Shown: positions 1-10,179 of the stretch, one piece after another | Layout: each line of letters starts with the position of its first letter | Numbering within the stretch: position 1 is the first letter of the stretch | Assembly (NCBI RefSeq): GCF_018350175.1 | Contig: NC_058368.1 | Span: 158,350,001 to 158,414,000 of the forward strand | Reading direction: 5' to 3' | DNA: 64,000 nucleotides | DNA from: Felis catus | Taxonomy: Eukaryota | Made by a program: the position numbers and the translations under genes | The notes under the pieces: model-generated | Database searches by the model: none | What the model was told of the DNA's origin: nothing | The model's input: only the letters and a program-made list of their open reading frames with translations

Positions 1-185
1 AGAAACAATTTTAGGTGAACATTTACATTTTGTGCATCTTAAATGCCTATCACTTTAGAAGACAATTTTCTCTTAACTTAAAAATAGAACTATCATTCCT
101 ATAGTCAAACAGTGCCAAAACAACAAACTGTGTAGTGATTCCAACATCTCCAATCATCTTATTTTAAGGCAAAGAAATTTAAATC

Positions 186-394
186 TTTTTTAATGTTTAT
201 TTATTTTTGACAGAGAGAGACACAGAGCATGAGCAGGGGAGAGGCAGAGAGAGAGGGAGACACAGAATCCGAAGCAGGCTCCAGGCTCTGAGCTGTCAGC
301 ACAAAGCCTGACACGGGGCTCAAACTCACAGACCGTGAGATCATGACCTGAGCTGAAGTTGGACGCTCAACCGACTAAGCCACCCAGGCGCCCC
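186..394 (-). mobile_element. Can-SINE (SINEC_Fc-like)
   Basis: T-rich tail, (GA)n tract, ends ccaggcgcccc; flanking duplication agaaatttaaat. Confidence 0.93.
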
Positions 395-1211
395 ATAGAA
401 ATTTAAATTTAAAACTATGTGGTCAAAAAAAAAATGGAGGACAAATTCCAAATATAATCTAATTTCTTAGGGCATATTACTCAACAGAATAACATACACA
501 CATCATCATTTTTATTATTAAGGCATATGTGGAAATGGGAAAATATTTATGATCCATTGTAGTACAATAGTTATATAGACATTACAACTATAAATTATGT
601 GTACAGGAAGATGAAAATGAGAAGTTAATATATGCCTAGGTCAAAATTATAGTGGGGTAAAGGATTGGTTGGGGGATTTTGTTTGTTTTTAAAGTAAGTT
701 TCTTTTTTAGCTTTACTACATGCGATTTTCACAAGTTAAACACCTGATTTTTAAAATAAACATGTAAAGGTTCCAAAGCATTAAGTTTGGGACTCCCGAG
801 TATAGGCTCATAAGTAAACAAGTGTGCAGTTACCTAAAACAAGTAGAATCGTATTTGATTTGACAAGCAGGATACTATTGAAATAAAAGCAATCTGTACA
901 TAATCCTTCAGAGAGGAACCTAATGGTTGAGGAAATGATATGCAACAGACAGGCTGTCATTACTTCTAGCTTTTTTATAATAAGGGAGGATAAGATTTAA
1001 CATAATTTCCTAACAATCACATATTTGGAAATAAGCAATCCAGTTAGGAAATAAGCATTTGTGTTACCTTTCAAGTTCACTAGCATTTTAGAAACCAGAT
1101 TCTTATCTATCAGGGAGTTATTAATATTTCCATGAATTCTATAATCAAAGACCAGCAACACTGAACAAAACAGCAGTATCAACTTGTTAAAAATAAGTAA
1201 ATACTTCTTAC

Positions 1212-1325
1212 AACTTTCAGTTCTGGATGAGTCACAGTGACAGACACAAACTCCATAAACTTCGCAAATCCCTCATTTAGCCAAAGATCATTCCACCATT
1301 CCATAGTCACGAGATTCCCAAACCA
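1212..1325 (-). CDS. ERAP1: ERAP1 exon 7 (third zinc ligand Glu; absent from the ORF track)
   Basis: ttttag|TGG TTT GGG... encodes [38 protein letters not shown], then |gtaag. 114 nt. Confidence 0.97.
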
Positions 1326-1668
1326 CTAAAAGGAAAGTACTAGATTATTCATACATTTCTACAGAGACTGGATTATCTACACAGTTACAGACATAAGGCA
1401 TTCAGAAGGAAAGATTTCATATGTGCAATGTCAGCATATAAGTAACATTTACAGAATTTTTTATCAAAATAAGAAGAAAAACCTTTCGACATTCATTTTA
1501 AAACATGGGACCTTATGCTTTAAAAGAAATCATTTTTCCTATCGCAAAAAAGACAAAAGATGAATCGATACACTTCATGTATCAATATGAATAGTCTTTC
1601 AAGTCCCATAAAAGCAAAATAGATGTAGTTTCACCACAATTTTTAAAAGTATCATTTATCTTGTGTAC

Positions 1669-1823
1669 CTGGTGGGCGAGTTCATGGGACACAGTCAAAG
1701 TAATGCCAAGCTTATTTGATGCAGAAGACTTTTCAGAATCAAACAATAGAACAGATTCTCTGTATGTGGTCAGTCCCCAGTTTTCCATAGCGCCACTCTC
1801 AAAGTCAGGAATAGCAGCAAGAT
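1669..1823 (-). CDS. ERAP1: ERAP1 exon 6 (GAMEN and HELAH motifs)
   Basis: ttccaag|AT CTT... encodes (D)[51 protein letters not shown], then |gtacac. 155 nt. Confidence 0.97.
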
Positions 1824-2552
1824 CTTGGAAAGGACACAAAAATGTATTAACAGTCCCTAAACTAGACATTGCCCAAACACACTAACTTTCAGAATGGATG
1901 GGTGTAGGGATCAAAAGAAAAGAATTTATCACAACCTAGAAAAAGAGGCTCAGTGATTCAGGGTTGCTCTGCTATTGCATGACAAAGTCAGATTGGGGCC
2001 TCGGGCCTTCTGACTCCTCTTCCAACTTTCTGACAAGGAATTCAGGGATTGGATACTCTTAATAATAATTTCCTCAATAATACACTTGACTTTGGATGCC
2101 CTCGACTCCCATACACTTAAAATCTCAAACAAATAATAGTTTTAAAAGCCCATTTAAGAAGGAAACTGCAGATTTTCCTTATACTGTGTAAATGTGTTCA
2201 TTAAGAAAAATTTATTGAGCACCCTCTCTATTTCTACCAAATATGTGCAAATAATGAAAAAGATGCAGCTTCTGCCCTTTGCTGTCTGCCCACTAATAAC
2301 TGAGTTTATCTTTAAGGTCAGAAGGTAAAATTATCACCATGACATGTGCCTCAGAAATCTTATCAAGATCTGCTCCTGCTATTATTAGAAATTTACTGTA
2401 TAGATTAGGGGTGAGAAGGAGCAACCTTCTCCTGCCAGAGGTCTAGACTTGAAGGGCTGCTGAGATACCATGGGAATGCCAATTACGGGGATATAATACA
2501 TAGCTGAGGACATTAAATGCCACAACTTGAAATAACCTTGCAAAATTTCTAC

Positions 2553-2673
2553 CTTGTTTGGGTAAGGGATATGGAATGCTGAAATAATCCTCATAAAACT
2601 CTAGAAGAGTCACTGCAGCATCCAGTGCATAATCTGCCTGATGTATCTTGTCTGGCACAGCATATATGGAAAC
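2553..2673 (-). CDS. ERAP1: ERAP1 exon 5
   Basis: ctcttcag|GTT... encodes VSIYAVPDKIHQADYALDAAVTLLEFYEDYFSIPYPLPKQ, then G|gtag. 121 nt. Confidence 0.97.
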
Positions 2674-2724
2674 CTGAAGAGAAAGCACAGTTAGTTACTC
2701 AAATGCCATAGTGGCTTCTCTCCA

Positions 2725-3403
2725 CGTGGGGAATAAACTTAGGAATTCTCTGAGCTTGTACCCATGGGTTAACAAGGCATAAAGAAATAGGAAGCCACAG
2801 GATGAAAGCACCCAAGATTTGGTAACCAAGATTAGATATTCAGGGCCGAAGCGCCCCAATTTAGTACAGAATCAGAAAGCTGCTTTCATGGGAGGGAAGG
2901 TCCAGAATAGGTAAACAGGTAAATAGGGCTGTTGCCCAGCCCTAGGTAACAGGTATATAGGGCTGCTGCCCAACCGCAACAGGCCAAAGTTGCCCAGAGG
3001 GGAGCTTATTAGCAAAGAAAGGTACCTTGATGTCCCTGAAGTAGCATGCTCTCACTCTCTTGTCCCCTATGCAAGCTAGGATAAACAGACAACGACCCTC
3101 ATGCCTGCCATAAACAACCAGCTGCCCAGCACCAGGACTTTGCTTTGTGTTGACCAAAACCCCTAACACTGCATATCTGCAAAACCCCCTTTTCCTCACA
3201 CCTGTGAGTTAATGTTCATGGTTTCACTGTCTCTTTGTGCACATCCATTATGCTTTTAAGCCTTCTGATTCTAATAAAAACACAGCAAGGACCCTTACTC
3301 GGGGCTCTTGTCTCCTCCCAAACGTGAGCCTCTCTCACATTTTAATCCTGCGTCCCGATTTCTTGCTGGAGAAGAGAGAACTCCAGACCCTAAGTCTACA
3401 ACA
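2725..3403 (+). repeat. 5' LTR (~680 bp)
   Basis: Starts CGTGGGG (probably mutated TGTGGGG), ends ...TACAACA; AATAAA at 3273-3278; 3097-3403 aligns with 7150-7456. Confidence 0.85.
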
Positions 3404-3582
3404 GATGGTGACCCAGGCCTGACATGGCCAGAAGGTGGTGCAACTCAAGGACTGCGGGATGCCATGGACCGACTAAAGAGCTCCAAGAAAAACACACCAG
3501 ATTACAATCTCTTCCTGATGAACTAAGAGAAAAGCGAAACTATATTAGGATTTGCTGCCGCGGAACTTTGGAGAGATTTATC

Positions 3583-4440
3583 ATGGGAGACTCCCTATCC
3601 CCAGAGCAGAAAGAGTACATTCATATTTTACAATCATTGGGAAAGGTGGCTGGCACTATCTTCACTCGGAAAGCACTCCTTGAATTATGATTACCCAGCA
3701 ACACTGCCTCAGATATCAGATCACGAGGAACTTATGATCTTGATATTTGGGAGCGAGTAGGGAAAACATTAAAATCTCAGCATTCCGAGGTGGCCAATGT
3801 CCTCCCCTGTGGTAATCCTTACTTGGTCCATTGTCCATACTGCCCTTCTCCCATTGAGTTCAGACGATGCATATAAAGATATAGAATTACCCAAAAAAGA
3901 GGAAAACCCTAGGCTTTTTTATAGTCAGCCTGTGCCTTCACTGCCTTTACAGCCAGAAGATACACACCCTCTCTCCAAAGGGTGGGATGATATCGAGCCT
4001 CAAGAAACCTCACCGACTGGTTCTGATAAAGTCCTCACCCCAATGCAAAAGTGCATTAAGAAGCCCAGAGGGCCGGTGAATTCCAGGTGTTTCCCGTTGT
4101 CGGGCAAAACGGGCAATACGTCCGTGAAGGCCTGCTCTTTCAAATAGTAAAGGAATTGCAGAAATCAGTTCAGCTGTATGGCTCCACAGCCCTTTTACGA
4201 TCTGCATTTTAGAAACTATTTGTGGCACTATTCCTTGTGTGCCTAGGACTGGGGCTTTCTTATAAAAATCATTTTGACTCCAGCCCAGTATGCTGTCTAT
4301 GCCCAAGAGTTTCATGACGCTTGTGTAACTCGTGCTATGCAAAACTTTGACGCTGCTATTCCAGCGTCTTTTGAACAACTGTCCAGTACAGGACAATGTT
4401 CCCAACTAAGGCAACAAGCTCAGCTTCCATTCATTGTCAG
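3583..4440 (+). pseudogene. gag: Decayed betaretroviral gag (matrix and N-terminal capsid)
   Basis: Peptides across frameshifts: MGDSLSPEQKEYIHIL, GTYDLDIWERVGKTLK, TWSIVHTALLPL, FQIVKELQKSVQLYG, LTPAQY, SFEQLSSTG, resembling class II Gag motifs. Confidence 0.8.
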
Positions 4441-5744
4441 CAAAACAATGCACTAAAATAGTATGACTTATTTTACACAGCCCGTCTCTTTTAAAGGGGA
4501 CTCTCTCTCTCTCACTGTTACTCCCAATATACTCTGGCTACTCTAACTACACGTGGGGGTTTCTCCCTCATTCATTTCCTTGGTCAATGACTACGATAAT
4601 TAGAGCCAACTGTCTCTGGTTAGTCTACCTCAGGATGGAGGTTTTAAGGAATATTCCCAAGCAGCTGGCAAAACTCCTTTTGTCTTGGGGAACTTCTCTG
4701 TCTTCTCTGGCCTGACATAAGACTGCCTAATTCCACAAGTGGAAAACAAAACAAAACAAAAATCTGTATCTGCTCATCTATCTGAGCTAACAGGCTTTAG
4801 GACCACGAGAACTCTTTCTCTGCCCTCTATGCCTTTATCTGCCTTCAGGCCAACAGTGGGCACCTCACCCTTTAGGCCTTCCCTTCCCACTCCTCAGGGT
4901 CCTGCACCAACTGGGATACAACCTGCATATCTGGCTCTTCAATGCCTCAGGCAGCATCAACTCTTCCTCCTAAGAGCAAAAAATACCCCCTTAGACTAGG
5001 GCCACCCACTTCAGAATTCCTCACTGGTTCCACAGGAAAAAATTGACAATGGTAAACTTTTAAGAGGACACAGATAAAATGTAATTAAGATAGACATGTC
5101 TTTTAAATTATCAAAATTAAATAAAACTTTATTCTACTAAGGTTCACTGAAGGTCAAATAAGTTCATTTTATCTCTTTTCCAATTTGTCAGCCAAAGGAT
5201 GACTTAAAGTCATGGTTAACTTTGTCTCATAGTTTTCATGGGTAATTGTTAAAATAGCTTTCAGGGTCTTTGGTAACCTGAAACTTTAACATTTTGCTTA
5301 AATGATAAATTAAATCTATTGAACATTTTAGGCCTCTTCCAAATCAAATGGAATGGTAAAGCATTGCTTACTAACCGTAGGTTTGTGCTTCTGATTTCTA
5401 CGACAAAAAAACAGGACATTTAAATCTATTAAAAAGCATGCTTTATGCTTAATGGATCCATAAGTCTGCCACCTAAAAAATTTCTGATGTAACAGATGGT
5501 TTACAATTGGTTACTACTTTGTTTTCAATGGAGACTAAGGTTTCTAAGAGTTAAAATTCTGCTAAATATAATTAAGGCTAATGGAAATAAGGAAAGTAAC
5601 TCCATATATAAAAAAGTAAGAGATATGTAAGAAAGATATAAAAAATGAGCATACATTTTTGTTAAAGGTAATAAATAAAATTTTAACAAAAAGGGTAAAA
5701 TGACAGGACAGCATGCCCTTTTTAAGTTGTTTTACTTAAGCCTT

Positions 5745-6130
5745 GGTTGGAATTACCCATTCCTTATAATCCACAAGGCCAAGAAATTGTAAAAGGAGCA
5801 CATAGTATGCTCAAAAACGTGTTAAAAAAACAAAAAAGGGAGAGATACCCATGGCTATCTACATTACAACCTCAGCTCCTTCTTGATCATGCTATGATTA
5901 CTCTTAACTTTTTAAATCTTAATCCTCAAAGACTAACAGCAGCTGAGTGACATTCTTCAAAATCAGATAAACCCTCTCATCCTATGGTGCTATACCAAAC
6001 CCCTGAAAGGGGGCCCACATGGACTGGGCCCACTAAACTTCTCACCTGGGGTTGAGGAGGATATGTTTGTGTTCTTTCAGATTCTGGACCTCTATGGATC
6101 CCCTCTCTGTTGGTTGGTGAAGCCATACCA
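5745..6130 (+). pseudogene. pol: Decayed integrase C-terminal half
   Basis: IPYNPQGQEIVKGAHSMLK, DHAMITLNFLN, WTGPTKLLTWG*GGYVCV and PLWIP match betaretroviral integrase motifs (IPYNPQGQAIVERAH; WKGP..LL.WGRGYACV). Confidence 0.88.
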
Positions 6131-6214
6131 TGGAGACCCCTGGATATCTTCCAATGAACCAGTACTTCCAAAGAATGACTCTTAATGAGCAGCCACCAGC
6201 CCCCCTTTTTCAAG

Positions 6215-7110
6215 ATGGAAGAAGCCTCTTCATTGACTCCTCATCCTGAAGCCACTCCACAAACACAACATAACATGGGGAAGCCTTAATCTCCTGTCTA
6301 ACCAGGCCGGCATCCTCTTACAACACAATGGTATTGCATATACCCCTGACTCGCATCTGATGGCCACGATCTCCATCATTGACAGGAATTCGATACAGGT
6401 AACCCTGATTCTTCTCCTTGTCCTCATTTGTCTGGGCCAAGCTCAATATTCATATTGGGCTCATCTCCTTAACCCACCTATATTTGACAGCTTAACACTC
6501 CTAGACCTGGATATTCCTGGTAGCAATAATGACACTGAATTCATGGGAGGAGCCAATCTTAACCTGCCCTTCCAAACTGAACAAGAGCATTGGCTTTATA
6601 TGCCAAGACCTCAATGGTGGCTTATCCCAGCACCTCCTATGTGTGTTACCAAACTTAGCAACCTGCTTGTCTCAAAGTAAGAATCAACTGGCTTTTACAT
6701 GTACAGACCAAAATCTCTAAAAGGCCAATTTTACCTTTTTCTCAGCCACAAGCTTTGATATACCTCAAAAAACAAACATATCTCACACTCCTCATGTTCT
6801 AGCTTGCTCTAGTCTCAAGTATTCAGACCACCCCTGGAATAATATTCCTTGGACAACCTGTTATGGAGAGACTGAGCATAATCTTCACTGGGGCAATTGG
6901 ACCATTATTGACAGGGGTCCTAGAGGACATCTTGAAACAAAATATTCAAATAAGACCATATCCTTTGACCAATCTAGTAGACAGAACATTTTTTGGAAGG
7001 ACAGAGGCTTGTCTGGCCCTATAATTTCTGCACATAAAGGGAAATTAAAAGGACCCTGGCTTGTTAATCTTTGGAAGCTAGGCCTTTCTTCACTCATACT
7101 GTTAGCCATG
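6215..7110 (+). pseudogene. env: Decayed betaretroviral env (long signal peptide and partial SU; no TM)
   Basis: ITWGSLNLL..., a hydrophobic stretch TLILLLVLICL, YSYWAHLLNPPIF...NNDTEFMGG and WTIIDRGPRGH resemble HERV-K/JSRV-type Env motifs. Confidence 0.8.
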
Positions 7111-7149
7111 GTGAAATTTATGTAAATCAACATATTAACATAACTTGGG

Positions 7150-7456
7150 CCTCATGCCTGCCATAAACAACCATCTGCCCAATGCCAGGACTTTGCTTTG
7201 TATTGACCCAAACCCCTAACACTGCATATCTTCAAGATCACCTTTTCTCACCAACACATGAGTTAATGTTCACAGTTTCACTGTCTCTTTGTGCACAGCC
7301 ATCACACTTGTAAGCCTTCTGATCCTAATAAAAATGAAGCAAGGACCCTTACTCAGGGTTCTGGTCTCCTCCCGGATATTAGCCTCTGTCTCATTTTAAT
7401 CTTGTGTCCGCTCTCTTGATGGACAAGAGAGAACTCCAGATCCAGAGTCTATGACA
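7150..7456 (+). repeat. 3' LTR, 5'-truncated
   Basis: Aligns to 3097-3403; AATAAA at 7327-7332; ends ...ATGACA followed by the TSD. Confidence 0.88.
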
Positions 7457-8365
7457 TCTCCACAATTGTATGGAAGATGGACATCAACAGTTTCATTTTG
7501 TGGAATATGGTTGCCACTTAGAAAGAAAATTGGAAGTTCGATTTCTTGTATTAATGCCACCTATTTCTGACCAAGTCCCCTTCTGAAAACTACAACGTGC
7601 TGGATAACGTAAACAAAAAGGTCTTTTTAAAAATGTTCTTATGGAATAATGGAAAAGTAAAGAAAACTTAAATGCCAAAAATGAATAACAGTAGGACCCT
7701 CCTAGACAGAAGAGCCCTGCAGCCAGCTTTTGTCCTGAGGACACTAACCTAATACAGATGGACTTGAGCTTTGGTTTTCACAGCATTGAAGGTCTCAGGG
7801 GATAGAAGACAAAGTCCAGAGCCCGTCCAAGGGGGGAAACCCCAACAGAATATGCACCATGCATAAAGTTGAACCTTATAGGACCATACCCTTTCTATAA
7901 AGATAAACTAAAAATAGCCATCCCCTTCCTCAAGGAGACTGCAAGGGGGAAAAAATGCCTTTTTCAAGTCTTGGTACCATATGGGGAAGGTTGTGGGAAG
8001 TCCTGAGTGAATCAGCAAGTTAATCTTCATGCTGGTTAGCAACTGGACTCACAATAACCAGGTGGCTCAAAAACCTGAAGCTAATAATTTGATTTAAAGC
8101 GGTTCATGGGCTGGTAAGGGCTCCCAGGCATCTGCCAGGAGCAAACAAATTCTCTGTGGAAGAGCCCACTGTCAACTCAGGTAGTGTAAGTTCAATACAC
8201 ACACAGGAGCAAAACAATAACCAGCAGAAACAACAAATCACAGAATGAGACACATAAAGACTTCAGATAGGACAGTTAACTAGAATATAAAACGTTTAAT
8301 GTGTTTAAAGAAATAAAAGGCCTAAAAATACTAATAGGTAAAAAGAATTCTTGGACCTAATTCCA

Positions 8366-8417
<52 letters not shown>
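8366..8417. repeat. (TG)n microsatellite
   Basis: Uninterrupted TG run. Confidence 0.97.
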
Positions 8418-8418
<1 letters not shown>

Positions 8419-8429
8419 GGGGGGGTGTT

Positions 8430-8840
8430 ATGCCCACACCTCCAAGCAGTTCTCCAACACTACCTGAGCGTCCCACAGTTCCAACTCGATTCTGACACTA
8501 CCCAGAGATACACCAGATTCCACAACATAAAGGTTCAGTCTTACAAAACTGTCCCCACCCCCACTTCAGATGATATTCACAAGTGCAGGTTACCATCTGT
8601 GCTTCTGACCCACAGGCTACAGACTAGAGGTTGCAAAGACCTCCCCCTTAGGTTTGATTAATTTGCTAGGGCAGCTCACAAAACTCAGAGGAATATTTTA
8701 CTTATTATAAAAGGACGTAACTGAGAAAGAGATGTGCAGGGCAAGGTACGGGAAAAGGCACAGAGTTTCCATACCATCTCCAGGCAAGCCACTCTCGCTG
8801 AAATCTTCACACTTTCACCAACCCAGAAGTCCTATCTACT
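8430..8840. mobile_element. Old LTR fragment, MER21-like
   Basis: Motifs attctgacactacc, ccccacttcagatg, tttgataatttgcta...ctcacaaaactcag; related sequence at 52140-53115. Confidence 0.6.
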
Positions 8841-9374
8841 CAGGCCTCAGCGAAAACCAGCATAAATAAATTAGGCATCTTCAAATTAAAGCTCCTCTTC
8901 TCCAAAAAAAAAAAAAAAAACCTATTTGCATTCAGAGCCCAACAACATATAGTTGAATAGGTTGCTCCTTATGCAATGGTACCCAGAAAAGGGGCAAGTA
9001 CTCCTTGAAACAAGATCTTTTCTCCAGTATTCCAGTATTAGCTGGCATAAATGCTGTGCCCAGAGTCATTTAATACTCCAAGCAGACTGCTCTATTTTAC
9101 TTCCTACTCAAGGCCAGAAATCCTCTGCTCAGGTAGTCAGTGACATTTACTTCTAAACTGCAGTAAGTGACAGCCAGAGGCAACCTCAGAAAACACTGCA
9201 GGATCTGGTCCAACTTACACATTTTAAAGAAATATAAACTAAGTTCCAAAGGGAGCAGAGTCAAGGTCAGAATGCCTGCTAAAGGTGGAGCCAGGACTAT
9301 GATCTAGGCCAGGCCAAGCCTCTCTGCATGTTTTTGTGTTAGAACTTCATTATAAATACGAGCATCTGTAACAA

Positions 9375-9484
9375 TAGGATGCCAACCTTCCTGGTTGGGC
9401 CAAGACTCAGGAATGTGCCCAAAATGTGGGGCTTCTAGTTTTAAAACCAGGACAGTGTCAGATCAGGACAAGCTGGCCACCCTA
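9375..9484. mobile_element. hAT MITE, MER81-like
   Basis: About 110 bp with imperfect terminal inverted repeats taggatgccaac ... gctggccacccta. Confidence 0.65.
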
Positions 9485-9504
9485 TGTGACAATCACAGGT
9501 TCAC

Positions 9505-9639
9505 CTTGATTCCACTCTTGGTCATCTTGCTAACAGACTTAAAATCTGAAATAATGAAAGCCACCAGGTAGGTGCTCATCTTCACAGTGACATCAAAATG
9601 ATCTTCTATGAGTCCTTCAGCAATAGTCACAGATTTAAC
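9505..9639 (-). CDS. ERAP1: ERAP1 exon 4 (absent from the ORF track)
   Basis: ttttag|GTT AAA TCT... encodes VKSVTIAEGLIEDHFDVTVKMSTYLVAFIISDFKSVSKMTKSGIK, then |gtgaac. 135 nt, phase 0/0. Confidence 0.97.
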
Positions 9640-9941
9640 CTAAAATCAGAATAAAATCAGCAAATAATCCAATTATCCAATGCATTGAAAACAGTTTATA
9701 AACAGAAATCTCCTTACCACCAGATATAATATTGAAAGTACATAGCACAATATTTATATAATTATTTTAAAATTTCTCTTTCCAATACCTGACTATAATT
9801 TAGATATTAAGACCATTCTACTCAATTTTTTTAAATGGGATACAATTCACATATCATAAAATTCACCATTTTGAAGTATATAGTTCAGTGTTTTTTTATT
9901 ATATTTACAGTTGTGCAACTATCATCACTAAATTTCTTTTC

Positions 9942-10179
9942 TTTTTTTTTTTTATTTAAAAAAAAATTTTTTTTTTCAACGTTTATGTATTTTTGGGACA
10001 GAGAGAGCCAGAGCATGAACGGGGGAGGGGCAGAGAGAGAGGGAGACACAGAATCGGAAACAGGCTCCAGGCTCCGAGCCATCAGCCCAGAGCCTGACGC
10101 GGGGCTCAAACTCACAGACCGCGAGATCGTGACCTGGCTGAAGTCGGACGCTTAACCGACTGCGCCACCCAGGCGCCCC
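9942..10179 (-). mobile_element. Young Can-SINE (SINEC_Fc)
   Basis: CpG-rich body, long tail, perfect 15-bp TSD ACTAAATTTCTTTTC (9927-9941 and 10180-10194). Confidence 0.96.

Larger units (their letters stand above)
2725..7456 (+). mobile_element. Defective class II (betaretrovirus-like) endogenous provirus, antisense in ERAP1 intron 4
   Basis: TSD TCTCCA at 2719-2724 and 7457-7462; paired LTR sequence; PBS-like motif; gag, integrase and env remnants in the expected order. Confidence 0.9.
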
